Assembly (NCBI RefSeq): GCF_009914755.1
Contig: NC_060926.1
DNA: 64,000 nt
Source of the DNA: the human T2T-CHM13v2.0 reference genome, Homo sapiens
Reading direction: 5' to 3' (one strand)
Positions 1 through 18,600 of the stretch are shown here, one piece after another. Position numbers and translations under genes: made by a program. Under the pieces are notes generated by a model. The model worked only from the letters and a program-made list of their open reading frames with translations, was not told the DNA's origin and did no database searches. Every line of letters begins with the position of its first letter. Within the stretch, counting starts at the first letter, position 1.

Positions 1-379
1 GTTCTTTCGCTCTTTGTGATAAATGTTGCTACTGCTCACTCTGGGTCCACGCTGCCTTTATGAACTGTAACACTCACCGTGACAGTCTGCAGCTTCACAC
101 CTGAAGCCAGCGAGACCACAAACCCACCAGGAGGAACGAACAACTCCAGGCAGATAGCCTTAAGAACTGTAACACTCACTGCGAAGGTCTGCAGCTTCAC
201 TCCTGAGCCAGCGAGACCATGAACCCACTAAAAGGAAGAAACTCCGAACACATCCGAACATCAGAAGGAGCAAACAAACTCCGGACACGCCACCTTTAAG
301 AACTGTAACACTCACCGCGAGGGTCTGCGGCTTCGTTCTTGAAGTCAGTGAGACCAAGAACCCACCAATTCCGGACACA
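1..379 (+). mobile_element. LTR12 (ERV9) LTR, 3' part (R/U5 repeats), cut by window edge
   Basis: Repeated ctgtaacactcaccgcgaaggtctgcagcttcactcctga units and the terminus gagaccaagaacccaccaattccggacaca match the recalled LTR12 3' end. Confidence 0.9.
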
Positions 380-680
380 AAAGGAAGAAAATAAAGGAGA
401 AAATAAGAAGGAAAAAGGAAAGTAAGTAAACATAAAGAGAAAAAAGGAAAGAGTTCTAAGCTCTTAACCTCTATTTGCCTTCTTGCTTCTTTACTCTTGG
501 TTCCCAGGTTATACACAAGAAGATGAATTCTGGAGTTTAATGTCCCTGCCTTAGCTTAGAGATAGGAGCAGGCTTGAAACCACAGTCTTTACTCAGGTAA
601 AGCCAGCATGAGAGGATCACTTCTGACTTGCCCACAGGATTTGTTTATGGAAGTCATAGATCTATAGGACTTCACCCCGA

Positions 681-1030
681 TGATATGGTTTGGCTGTGTC
701 CCCACCCAAATCTCATCTTGAATTCCCATGTGTTGTGGGAGGAACCCAGTGGGAGGCAATCAAGTCATGAGGGCAGGTCTTTCCCATGCTGTTCTCATGA
801 TAGTGAATAAGTCTGATGAGATCTGATGGTTTTATAAGGGGGAGTTTCCTTACACAAGCTCTTTCTTTTTTTGCCTGCTGCCATCCATGTAAGATGTGAC
901 TTGCCCCTCCTTGCCTTCTGCCATGATTGTGAGGCCTCCCCAGCCACATAGAACTGTGAGTCCATTAAACCTCTTTTTCTTCCTAGTCTTGGGTATGTCT
1001 TTATCAGCAGCATGAAAACGGACTAATACA
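681..1030 (+). mobile_element. THE1 (MaLR) solo LTR, THE1C-like
   Basis: Starts tgatatggtttggctgtgtccccacccaaatctc and ends gaaaacggactaataca. Confidence 0.9.
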
Positions 1031-1525
1031 CCTATCAAAGCAGGAATTCCTCTGAAACAAGGACAGCCAGACTTTCCTTGAAAATTTCCAGAAAGAATTC
1101 ACTACCCGAATAAGACATCCTCTCCAATTTTTAAGAAATATTACAAAGTTATTGCTATGAAGTTGAAATTTACCTTCATTTAATGTTCAGCCACTAATCC
1201 ATGTACTATTTTCCAGAACTTCATGAAATACATGTAATCCCTATTCTTTAAATACTTGAAGACAGTTGTCCTGGGTACCTGTCCTAGATCCCTTCCTGTC
1301 CAAATCTGCCAACACCTTTCTATCAATATGTATATATATGTTTCAAGTTGATATATATACACACATATGTATATGTGTGTGTGTATATATATACACACTG
1401 TGTTATTGGTTTTAGTTTTAAAATGTGAAACATAATAATAGCATGTTTGTATGTAAATGGAAATGATCCTTTAGATAGGGAAACACTTACAATAGAGGAG
1501 AGAAGGGAGAATTACTAGAGCAGCA

Positions 1526-1883
1526 TGTCTCAGTCCATTTGGACTATTATAACAAATTCCATAACTGGGGGCTTATAAACAAAAGAAGTTTATTTCTCAC
1601 AACTCTGGAGGCTAAAAGTCCAAGATCAGGAAGCTGGAAAATCCAGCCTGGGAAGGGCCCACTTTCTGGTTCATAGTTGGGACCTTCTTGCCCTAGCCTT
1701 ACCTGGTGGAAGGAGTACAGGAGCTCCCTTGCACCTCTTCCATAAGGGCACCTATCCTATCAGGAGGGCTCCACCCTCATGACCTAATCATCTCCCAAAG
1801 CCCAACCTCCTGATATCACCACCCTGGGGGTTAGGAGTTCAACATAGGAATTTGGGGAGGACATCGCCATTCAGGCCATAGCA
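1526..1883 (-). mobile_element. MaLR solo LTR (MLT1A/MSTD-like) within an older L2-like segment
   Basis: tgtctcagtccattt...tttatttctcacaactctggaggct...ccctcatgacctaatca...cattcaggccatagca. Confidence 0.7.
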
Positions 1884-2271
1884 AGGTGTCTTTGATGAAT
1901 GAAAGGGTGTGGGATCCATGTCCGAGTGGAAGGGCAGGCCCTTGCTAGGAGCACAGACCCATCATCCATGGAAACAAGAAGGCGGAGTGAACAGGAACAG
2001 ATGTCTCTTCCAGTGTGTAGTGGGAGAATGTAGAACTTTTCTTTGATTTCTTAAATTTTCTGAGTGAAATAGGAAACAACGATATCTGCTAAAGGTGAGG
2101 ACAAGGTATGAGTTGAGGTCTGAGAAAAGAGGAAAAAGTATGAATGTATCGTCTAGGAGAGGGAGAAGAGTGAAGGGACACTTTCACTTTGCCAGACAGC
2201 ATTAAGGGTATACTTGAATTTAGTGACCATAAAATCATCTCTCAGACCATATCTCAGACCCTTTATAATTC

Positions 2272-4335
<2,064 letters not shown>

Positions 4336-5401
4336 CCCAAACATTCTTAATGGTACTGAAACTACTCCAAACATTTTCGTGACACCAACCAGTGACTGGG
4401 TTACAAGTTTGCTCCAGAGGAAACACTTTTCAGAAAGGATGAGTAAGTTGCTTCCAATAATGAGGAATGGCCACAGCTGAGAAGATGCCTTTAAAATACA
4501 ATCTGGGAAAGTACTCTCCGATCTAATTTGTTTCATAGCATGTTAGTACTTTTAAAATTTTTCTGCAGCATACTTGGAAAAAAATTGGAAGAGTGGCAGG
4601 GACAGATATAACATGTCCACTGATAACTGCCATGTGTCCAGCAAGGCTGGCAGATTTGTCCAGTAGAGAAACAACAAGACTTATACCCTGTTGAACTTAG
4701 TTTATTGCTTAGACATCAAACAACAACAGCAACCCCAAAAACAAAAAACAAAGAGGCCAGTTCCTCATGTCCTTTGTCCCATAAGGCAACACTGAAACAA
4801 AAGTGGCCAGATGACAGCATGGATGATAGCACACTCTAGCTGAGAAGCCTGTGGCATGCTGCAACTAAGCAATTTTATAGCCTGCAGCTATTCCCTAAGG
4901 GTAAAGACAAGGCCTCATACCTCAATCAGAACCCAAGAAACAATGAGAGTGTCCCATGACGGCCTCCATGGAAGATGGGGAGGTGAGTGGGAAATGGCCT
5001 TAGGGCATCTCCTCATGTTCTGGGACAATCACAGGGCACTATTCCAAGACTTAGATCAGTTGCGGTTAAGCTTTGCCTATGTGGCCTATGTGGAGACTTG
5101 CACAGATGACGAGGACATCATGGTGGAGTCATTACCCTAGGCCATGGTGGAATTAAAGAGTCTCTTGGGAAAGATTATGAAAGAGAGGGAAGAGTGACAT
5201 GCAGACGTCCGTAAAAATAGTCAAAAGGGCTCTGATTAGCAAGCTGAGTCCCCACAAGGGAAAGAGGTCACATGGGCAGTATTGGTTCATTAAGACGGGA
5301 ATCTACCATGGGCAAAGGGCTAGTGAAAGCCCATTGGACACAGCATAACAGGACACTTTAGACCATTCCTAACACAGGGATCTGGAAATGCTACTTGACA
5401 T

Positions 5402-6352
<951 letters not shown>

Positions 6353-8338
6353 GAAACTACTAATCTGGCCTAATTCTCTTAGTTTACAGATGAGGAACCG
6401 AAGGTCCAGAAAGGTGAGATGATTTTCCGAGGTTACACTTCTACTTTGGAGAAACAGCTTGAGCTCAACCATTTCCTCACGGTCCAAGGCTGCTTCTAGT
6501 GGACTACCCACTTCTAAATTGCGACGCAAGTTTTCGCTTTTACCAAAACAAAACTGCACCAGTTAGAAATTGTTCCAAAGCAAAACTGAAACTTCTACTG
6601 AGAATGCTACTATTCTGAAGCTGAAATTATGCCTTTAAAAAAACACTTTTTTTTTTTACCAGACTAGTTCAGTGGCATCAAGAATTGCTAAAATCTTAGT
6701 AATTTATTTTTTAAAGCATTGTTTTATCCAGATACTTAAGAAGATGTGATTTTAATACTTCATTATTCCATTGCATTTTAAAGCAAGGTTTTAATTTAGT
6801 CTTACAACCAAAACACTTTCCAAAAAAAGCATCTCTAATTTGGTAATTTGTGTCAATAAGAAAATATGACTAATTAATATAAATCAGATTTACTGCCAAC
6901 TTTTCAGGAATACATTTATTTTGTCAAGTAACCTGTTAATTAAACAGGAGTATGATAAGAGAAACAAGTGATAATAATACAAGTAAACAGAGCTTCAAGC
7001 TTATCATTTTCAGAGGGAAATGTAGGTAATATCCACAAGCAGGACATCACATTATACTTTTGATACCAAAATTCAAATACAATTTTGGCACTGCTATTCT
7101 ATCTGTATATAAAAATTAAATAAAACAAAAAAGGCGCTAGATGCATGTTCTTAATGATTAATATTCTGTGCATACTTTTTTCTGCACACAATTTTTAGGG
7201 GAGACAGAACACGGATTAATGAAATGCTGACAATCTAACATATTCTGTGACAAATTGGAGTTATAGAAAAAATTGCCAATTTTGAATACCAAGATATATT
7301 TGAAGGTTCCTTATTCTCCCTCACTCAAAAAAAAATCAAATATATTATTTGGCGTCTTCTAGCATCATAATGGGCAACAATTTATCCAGGTTCTGCTATA
7401 TGCATTGAACCATTATCTCCAGCAATAAGGATTTTTATTTTTATTATTTTTATTTTCTTTGAGACAAGGTCTTGCTCTGTCTCCCAGGCTGGAGTGCAGT
7501 GGTGTGATCTCGGCTCACTGCAACCTCCGGAGGGTTATCTGTTAGGAAATGATTGCATGAGTTTGGTCAGCAAGTGAGGAAAACCTGCAACACTGGGAGA
7601 AATCAAGATGACTACGGATACTGGTGTGAGTTGGGAGTCTTCATATTTGTTCAAAGAATGAATAATTAAAAGAGCAAGTGAATAAAGGCAAAAGTTCACA
7701 GTGAGAGCTGGTCAAAAAGGAAAAGATGTTAACTTTGGATTTAGACAAGCTAAATTTAGAATGATGGCTGGATATCAAGGTGGGAGTCCTCAGGAAGGAG
7801 CAGGAGATGTGAGGCCAAAGTTTGAGAGTAATCAGAGCAGTAGGTACAATTTTCAAGTTAATCTCCAGGGAGGTCAATGTTTAAGCCAGGGCATAGAAGG
7901 ATCCTAAACTGGGAGCTCATGTACAGAGTAAGAACAAAAGAGAAGGCTGAGGAGTGATGATGAAGAATTGGAACTGACAAAGAGCCCAGAAAAAGCATCA
8001 TATGGGAATAAAGTGGAGAAAAGAAACAATGCAATGTTATCAGTCTTGACTGGTTCAAGAGAGGCTAAATAGAATGACATCAAAGGGCATGGATGGCCTC
8101 AGAAAGAATAGTTGCAGGCAAATAACAAGGTGAAAGCTAAACTGCAATGGGTTAAGGAGTGACAGTCAGTGGAAAGAGCAGGTATAATGTTGACCAGTAC
8201 AAAGAAAGGACTGCAATTAAAGGAATAAGGGGAGGGAAGATTTTAGTCTTCAAGAATAGACATTGGTACTGAGAGTAATAAGCATTGTGGGACAGTATAT
8301 TTGGCCTCTATGTACTGTGGAGGTGACATATGGTCTAG

Positions 8339-9823
<1,485 letters not shown>

Positions 9824-10119
9824 TTATATTTTCAACCAACAGGATTCCCATAACTGAATGCATCCTCGAATATTTGGAAACTTGGTTGGGTAAGAGTAAC
9901 CACATATGCTGGTTACCTATATCCTCTTGTATTTAAAAAATCAGCAGCAGACATTCCTTATGATCAGAAATTTCTTCCCAAGCTCTCAGCCTATCTCCAT
10001 CTTCCTCATTTGCAGCTAACCTCTGTTCTCTTGTTCATTTCCCCAGGACACTTCCTTCTGGAAATAGCCTATGTTGTTTATCTTCAGTCTTTCCTTCTAG
10101 TTATAAAAGAAGCCTAACT

Positions 10120-10340
10120 AAAATTTACTAAGTACTTAGTATATGCCAAGGACTATTCTAAGTGCTTTACATAGGTTCTGTTCTGCAATCCTCTCAATGC
10201 AAAAATGCATTTTACAGATGAGGAAACTGAAGGAGAGAGAGGATAAATGACCTGCCTAAGATCACACAGCTTGGAGTCAAGATTAGAACCTAGGAAGTCT
10301 GGCTCCCAAAGCCACAGCCTTAACCAACTGCTATACTGCT
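10120..10340. mobile_element. MIR
   Basis: cattttacagatgaggaaactgaagg...aaatgacctgcctaagatcacacagc...tagaacctaggaagtctggctcc. Confidence 0.75.
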
Positions 10341-10697
10341 TCTCACTAGACCCCCTCAGTCTCTTTGGAGTACTAACTTCATTCAGTAATATTTACTATG
10401 TGCTGACACTGGGAAGCAGGCTGTGCTAGGGACTGAGCTTTTTGGAATTAAGGAAGTAGATACGGGAGCATACCTTCCAGAAGGGGACACAAACAAGTCA
10501 TTACAATGAGCATGACGGGGAGGCAAGTGCACATGCTCAGGCCCTCACAACGCCAGGGTTGGGGAAGGGGCTGACTTTCCCCTTCAGAGAGCGTCGGGGA
10601 GGAGAGCTAGCCCGATAGCACTGGAATACCAGCTCCATAATTTGCTAGCTGGGAGACTCTGGAAACATGATTTAAGGTCTCTTTTTGGGCCTGTAAC

Positions 10698-10908
10698 TAA
10701 AATAAAATAAAATAAATAAAATAAAATAAAATAATAAAATAAAATAAAATAAAATAAAATAAAATAAAATAAAATAAAATAAAATAAATAAAATAAATAA
10801 AATAAAATAAATAAAATAAATAAAATAAATAAAATAAAATAAAATAAAATAAAATAAAAAAATAAAATAAAATAAAATAAAATAAAATAAAATAAAATAA
10901 AATAAAAT
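10698..10908. repeat. (AAAAT)n pentanucleotide microsatellite with AAAT interruptions, ~210 bp
   Basis: Directly visible tandem array. Confidence 0.98.
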
Positions 10909-12203
10909 ACAAATAGATAACAGCTGTTCCCCCAAATATGTTCTTAGCTTTCTTCCTTGATCATTTACAGCTGGCTTCAACATTCAATTCTATGCCCACA
11001 GCCTCCCCATCTGTACCTCCGGCTTGGGCCTCTCTTCTGAGTGCTAGCGGAAGGGGAGCTGGCCATCTCCCCCTGGCCCCTGATCCCAGCTCAAACTATG
11101 TGTACTCAGAACCCACTGGCCCTCTCCAAACTGTAGAGTGTTCACAGCCATGCTGCCCACTTCCGTCACTGGCACCACCACTCTTCCAGAAACCCAGGGG
11201 TGAAACATCTTTGGCTCTCTCCTCTCCCCTGCCGCTCACATCTTATCACTCTGTTTCCAAGTTGTTTTGATCTCCCCTTTCCTTCCATTTTTACTTCCAC
11301 AAGTAAGTGCGACTTCATTATCTAGCCTGACTACTGCAGTAGCCCCCTCCCAAATCATCTCACTGCAATCTTACCTCGATCGAGAGGAAAAATTAGATTT
11401 CCTGAGTCCCCGCTGATCATCACTCCCATTCCAGCCTTCCACATTCCTTATGCTCAGTCACCCATTAGCTTCTCTGCTCCTCACCCCTCTCCCTCACGTT
11501 AGACTCCAGACAAGCTCAACTGCTCAGTGTCCTTACACAAACTACGAGGTATCCCAACTGCTCATGCTGCTTGCTTCTCCTGGAACACCTTCTCCATTTC
11601 TGAATGTCCAAACACCGCCCATCTGTGGATGCTCTGTTCAGATCACTCTACTCAGGGAGGGGCACAGTGGCTCTCGCCTGTAATCCCAGCACTTCGGAGG
11701 CTGAGGTGGGTGGATCACTTGACATCAGGAGTTCGAAATTGCTCTCCTCTAGAAAATTTGCTCTATCCTTTGGTTGCAAATTATGTCTTCCTGACTTGAG
11801 CTTACACAGCATTTTATCATTCTACTAGGCAGTTGACAGTGTCTTTCTTGTTTGCACAGATGGTTATGCAACACTCTCCTACTAGGTGGCAAAATCCTTT
11901 GGGTGTAGAATCCAGTTGTGATTCATTCTCATGTGTCTCACTGTCCCCAACACAAACTGCCCAAAAATATAACTAAATGTATAAAAATGAATGCAAGGTC
12001 AGAAAGACAGAAAACTGGAAAGATGGGAGAAACAGCAATAGCATACTACCATGAGGTTGACTGAAACTTCAGGGTGCTAAGTGATGAGCATCATCTTTCC
12101 ATCACAGGGATTTGAAGTCGGAAAAATAACTGACTATAGTCACAACATGTTAAAGAGGACTTTTCCAAAAGACATTTCTGTGAAAGGAACAAAATAACAT
12201 CAC

Positions 12204-12568
12204 TGATATGGTCTGATGTGTCTCAAATTCATGTGCTGGAAATGTAATCCCCAGTGCAAATGTTGAGAGGTGGGGCATTTTAAGAGATGTTTAGGTCATG
12301 AGGGCTGTGCCCTGATCAATGGATTAATGCCACTGTAGAAGAGTTTGATGAGGAAGTTTGTCTCTCTTTGCCCTTCCGCCCTCTGCCAGGTGAGAACACA
12401 GTATTACCCCTCTATGGAGGACACAGTGTCTCAGCAGCAGCCCTCACCAGATGCTGGTGCCTTGATCTTGGTCTTCCCAGCCTCTGTAACTGTCAGAAAT
12501 AAATTTTGGTTCTTTATAAATTAATCAGTCTCTGGTATTGTGATAGCTGCACAAAACAGGCTAAGAAA
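12204..12568 (+). mobile_element. MST/MLT1A-type MaLR solo LTR with 5-bp TSD
   Basis: tgatatggtctga...aaacaggctaagaaa, flanked by ATCAC at 12199-12203 and 12569-12573. Confidence 0.85.
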
Positions 12569-12654
12569 ATCACCTTAATGTTTAGACCCACATATTGCTG
12601 GAAGGTACAAATTAATGCAAATAAGGTCTTTAAACAATACAGGGTTAAAAAAAA

Positions 12655-14096
<1,442 letters not shown>

Positions 14097-14228
14097 GTTA
14101 CTAATTTTTGTATGTGAATTTTTGCCTCTATGTGTACAACAAAACCACTTACACTAGAGCTTCCCTCAGCAACAAAAGATAGCATTAGAAAGTTGAAAAA
14201 CAATTCCAAGTAAATAGTTGTTAGTATC

Positions 14229-14817
14229 TGCATTAGGCTGTTCTTGCACTGCTATAAAGAAATACCTGAAGCTAGGGGTGGCAGCTCACGCCTATAATCC
14301 CAGCACTTTGGGAAGCAGAGGCAGGAGGATTGCTTGAGCCCAGGAGTTCAAGACCAACCTGGGCAACACAGGGAGACTCCGTCTCTACAAAAAACAAACA
14401 AAATTAGTCAGGTATGGTGGCATGCGCCTGTAGTCCCAGCTACTCAGGAGGCTGAGATGGGAGGATCGCTTGAGCCCAAGAGATCAAGGCTGCAGTAAGC
14501 CAGGATGGTGGCTACTGCACTCCAGCCTGGGCAAGAGAGTAAGACCAGAAGACGGAAGGTAAAGGGGGAGCAGGCACATCACATGGCAGGAGCAAGAGCA
14601 AAAGAGAGGGGTGGATGGTGGGGTGGGTGGGGGATGGTTGGGTGTGCCACACACTCTTAAACAGTCAGATCTCATGAGAACTCAACTATCGGTAGGACAG
14701 CACCGAGACATGAGGAATCTGCCCCCATGACCCAAACACTTCCCACCAGGTCTCACCTCCAACACTGTGGATTACATTTCAACTTGAGATTTGGGTGAAA
14801 ATATTCAAACTATATCA
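14229..14817 (-). mobile_element. MST-type LTR interrupted by a plus-strand Alu (~14270-14546)
   Basis: tgcattaggctgttcttgcactgctataaagaaatacctga [Alu] gaaggtaaagggggagcaggcacatcacatggc...caaactatatca. Confidence 0.8.
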
Positions 14818-14837
14818 ATGCCTTAAAGAACAAAAGT

Positions 14838-15280
<443 letters not shown>

Positions 15281-15669
15281 TTAATTTTGGCTATAAAACA
15301 TGAAGTTGTTCTTATATTTGTGAAACTATGAAAATGAAGACAGAAGAGGCTTCTGATTTAAAGAAACAGAAATTGGCTTGTAAGACTTCCATTATAGCAT
15401 ATAACAATTTCAAATGCAAATTCTAGTTGAACAAAGGCTGGTTACCATATCAAAAATCACTTTGGATAGAATTTGATTGATCCACGGCTATTACAAATAT
15501 TAATTATTGTTAGTTCAACCATAAAAATCATGAATATATCTGCCTAGAGTTATTGGTGAAACACAAGATATTAAAAAATACTGTATTCAAATAAAGGTAG
15601 AAAAATACTTACCCTGGATTAGCAGCTTCCATCAATATCCCAGTATAGAAAATTAAACTAAAAACAAGG

Positions 15670-18600
15670 CTACTTCACAGCAAGATTTATTAATACATCC
15701 AAAAGAAAGAAAGAAAAATGATTTTGTCACACTATATACAGATAATACATACAGTGTTTCATACACATATTACATCAGTTTTTACACAAGAAAAATATAC
15801 ATAAAAATGTAAACTTTTGTATACAAAAACCCTTAAACAAATTAAACAAGGACCAGATAACAAAAGGAGACCAATTCATTATTATTTCATCAAATTTTTA
15901 AAACAGTAATACAGTACATTCATTGAGATATATATGGAAAATGTGAGCCATCTCTTCTTGTTTAAAGGGAAATTACAAACCAAAAGTCAATCGCCTCCCA
16001 AGACGTGGTCCTCCCAGCAATGCCGCACCCAATGCCACAAGTATGCCTGTCCACCAGAACTGGGGGCTCTTACCAAAACCTGCCCATCTCCTCATCTTGC
16101 TCCTACAGTCTGTGCAGAAACAAGTGGCTCCTAACTTTTGTGCATATAATTAAACTCCCAGCCACTATGAACACAAATACAGAGGAGAGATTGTCAGTTT
16201 GTAAGTTCCCTTTAAGCGGCTTTTATATTTTTGTATTTATTTTTAATGCATGGCCTGTTAAACATACTTGGGTGCCAAGGTGAATGAGAACACTGAAAAA
16301 GAAGGGCTTTGAGAACCGCTAGTCCTTGCTACCGTGCAGTTTCTTTGTTAGAAGAGATTTTAAAACTGTCCAACCTGTCTCATTTGCTGGTTTCAAATAA
16401 GCTACCTCACCTTTGATTTCCCACTGCAACTTGGTTTCAACTTACACTTCAGTACTCTAGTTGTTAGTACCATACAATTGCCAAGAGGCTTTTTGTTAAA
16501 GGCTACTTCTGATATCAGGTTCCAGCTAAGCTACTCAGTAAAATGGCTCAAACCCCAGCCTCTCTATTTTAGTCTTCAGGAGTACTCTTACTTCACTGTT
16601 TTTTGTAACATCTTACAATTTAGGATTGTCCATCTACCTTCCTCTCTCTGCAAGTTCTTGAGATGTAATCTGCTGCCAACTCTTCACAAAATAAAATAAT
16701 ATTTAATCGTTCTTCCTTAATAGTCTTGCATTCAGTGTGTCAAATTGATGTACTAATGAAAAATACCTAAACTGTGGGGAATAAGAATTAAATCTATTTC
16801 AAGCACATGCAACTTGGAACTCGCAAAAAAAAAAAAAAAGAAAGAAAGAAAGAAAGAAAAAAGAGTTTGGGAGGGCCCTTAACTAAAATGTGCTTAAGAC
16901 AGCTTCATGAGAGAGCTGCCTTCTTTCAAATTTGAATTTTGAACAAGGCAAAATAACAATTAGGTGATATATTTCCCTGCAGCATGGGAGTAGTTAACTT
17001 CCCCCAGGCAAAATGATCTCAATAATCATTATTTATTAATGAAAGGAGGAGGCAAATTGGTGAATTAAGTTGATCTAGGAGATGGTGGCTGACATACACT
17101 AACGGAAATATTAGGATTGCTTTATAAGTGAAATAAACAGTCTGGTCTGTGGAACATCTCCACTTCAGAGAGAGGAAAAATGCACAAAGCTCCTCAAGTG
17201 AATCTCCAGCTCTTTCTTACTCTCATGGGACAGATGGCATTTTTAAAATGACAGTCTCCCTTTCAGTTAAGAAAAACACAACAATAAAAGGAAAAGGAAG
17301 ATAAATAAATAGTGTGTGGATGTCTTTAGATGAGACTTTAAATGTTCTTTAAATAACTTTTGATAATGTATTTTAAATCATTACATACAACTGCCACTGC
17401 AGTGACAATATTCCAGTAGGGGCAGCATTTTGCTAAATGTAAAAGATTGCCATTTAAAACTCATACATATACATGTGTATATACAGTTATATCAACACTA
17501 TTTATATACATATATATCTGGAGAGCAATATTTCATTGCCTTTGAATATCTATATATCTACTCCCACAATATATACTAGAGACATACTGTGTGAGTACAT
17601 ACGAAAGCATATGTACACATGCTCTGACATGTATATATACACTTTTGTCTGTGTGTGCATAAGAGCTTTAAAGGCACAATATATAGGGATGCAAGTTTTC
17701 TAGAGAGCTGCAGCAAAGTTAATACAGAATGTCACAAACTGAGAAAAGTCAAAAGGAAATATAGCAGAATTCATCACACAGGAATTCATCAAAGCAGTTT
17801 CATCATGAGAAAAATGAGTTAGTTACAGAATTCAAGAGGCTAACATGTGACCTTGTATGCTTTCCATTAAAATGTAAATGGTGAAGTTATGATTAAACTA
17901 CAAAGCAAATAAAAATATGTAAATGACAAATTAATGACAGTAAGTGTGGAAATAAACCTAACACTAATATCGATCATAAAATCATAATTATGTTCTTTTG
18001 TAATTTAAGTAAAATGTCCCCAAATTATTGAGCTAAAACTTTCAAATTTGTTTTATTTGAAGGTTGGCTTTCTGTTTGTTTTTGAGACAAAGATGAATGC
18101 CCAAGTCTCAAAATTCCTATTGATAATATTACCAAAACTTGTATCTTCTGGGAAAATTTCAGAGATAAAGATCTTTAAAAGAAATAACAGAGAAGTTGAT
18201 GAAATATGCTTAAGCCAGATGCTTCTGGCTAGAAGAGACAGAATTAAGGGGGAAAAAAACCACAATGATGTGTGATTTTTTTTTTTTTTTTAAGTGATGA
18301 AAGACTGACCAGTAGAAGGTGGTGAAGATGAAGAATAGTGGAACTGGCAAGTAAGAACTGTTCAGACAAGCATTCATTGTGTAATATCCATAAACAAAAC
18401 TATAATCCAAAGGACTTCCATTTTAGTATGTTCTGATGATGTACTCTAGACTGTCACCTCCTCTGGCTTACAGAATAATCCAGAACTTTCCATAGACATT
18501 AATCTTGCTTAACAAAGGCTGTTTACCTATTATACACACACATTTTTAAGGGAAATATATGTATATAGCTTTATCTATACACACACATATACATACGTGT

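Noticed and set aside
60-379. Spaced direct repeats resembling a CRISPR-like array
   Set aside because: These are the known LTR12 U5 tandem repeats; the intervening parts are homologous, not unique spacers.
10672-10983. F/Y/I/L-rich ORFs that look like membrane proteins
   Set aside because: Translation of the (TTTTA)n microsatellite.
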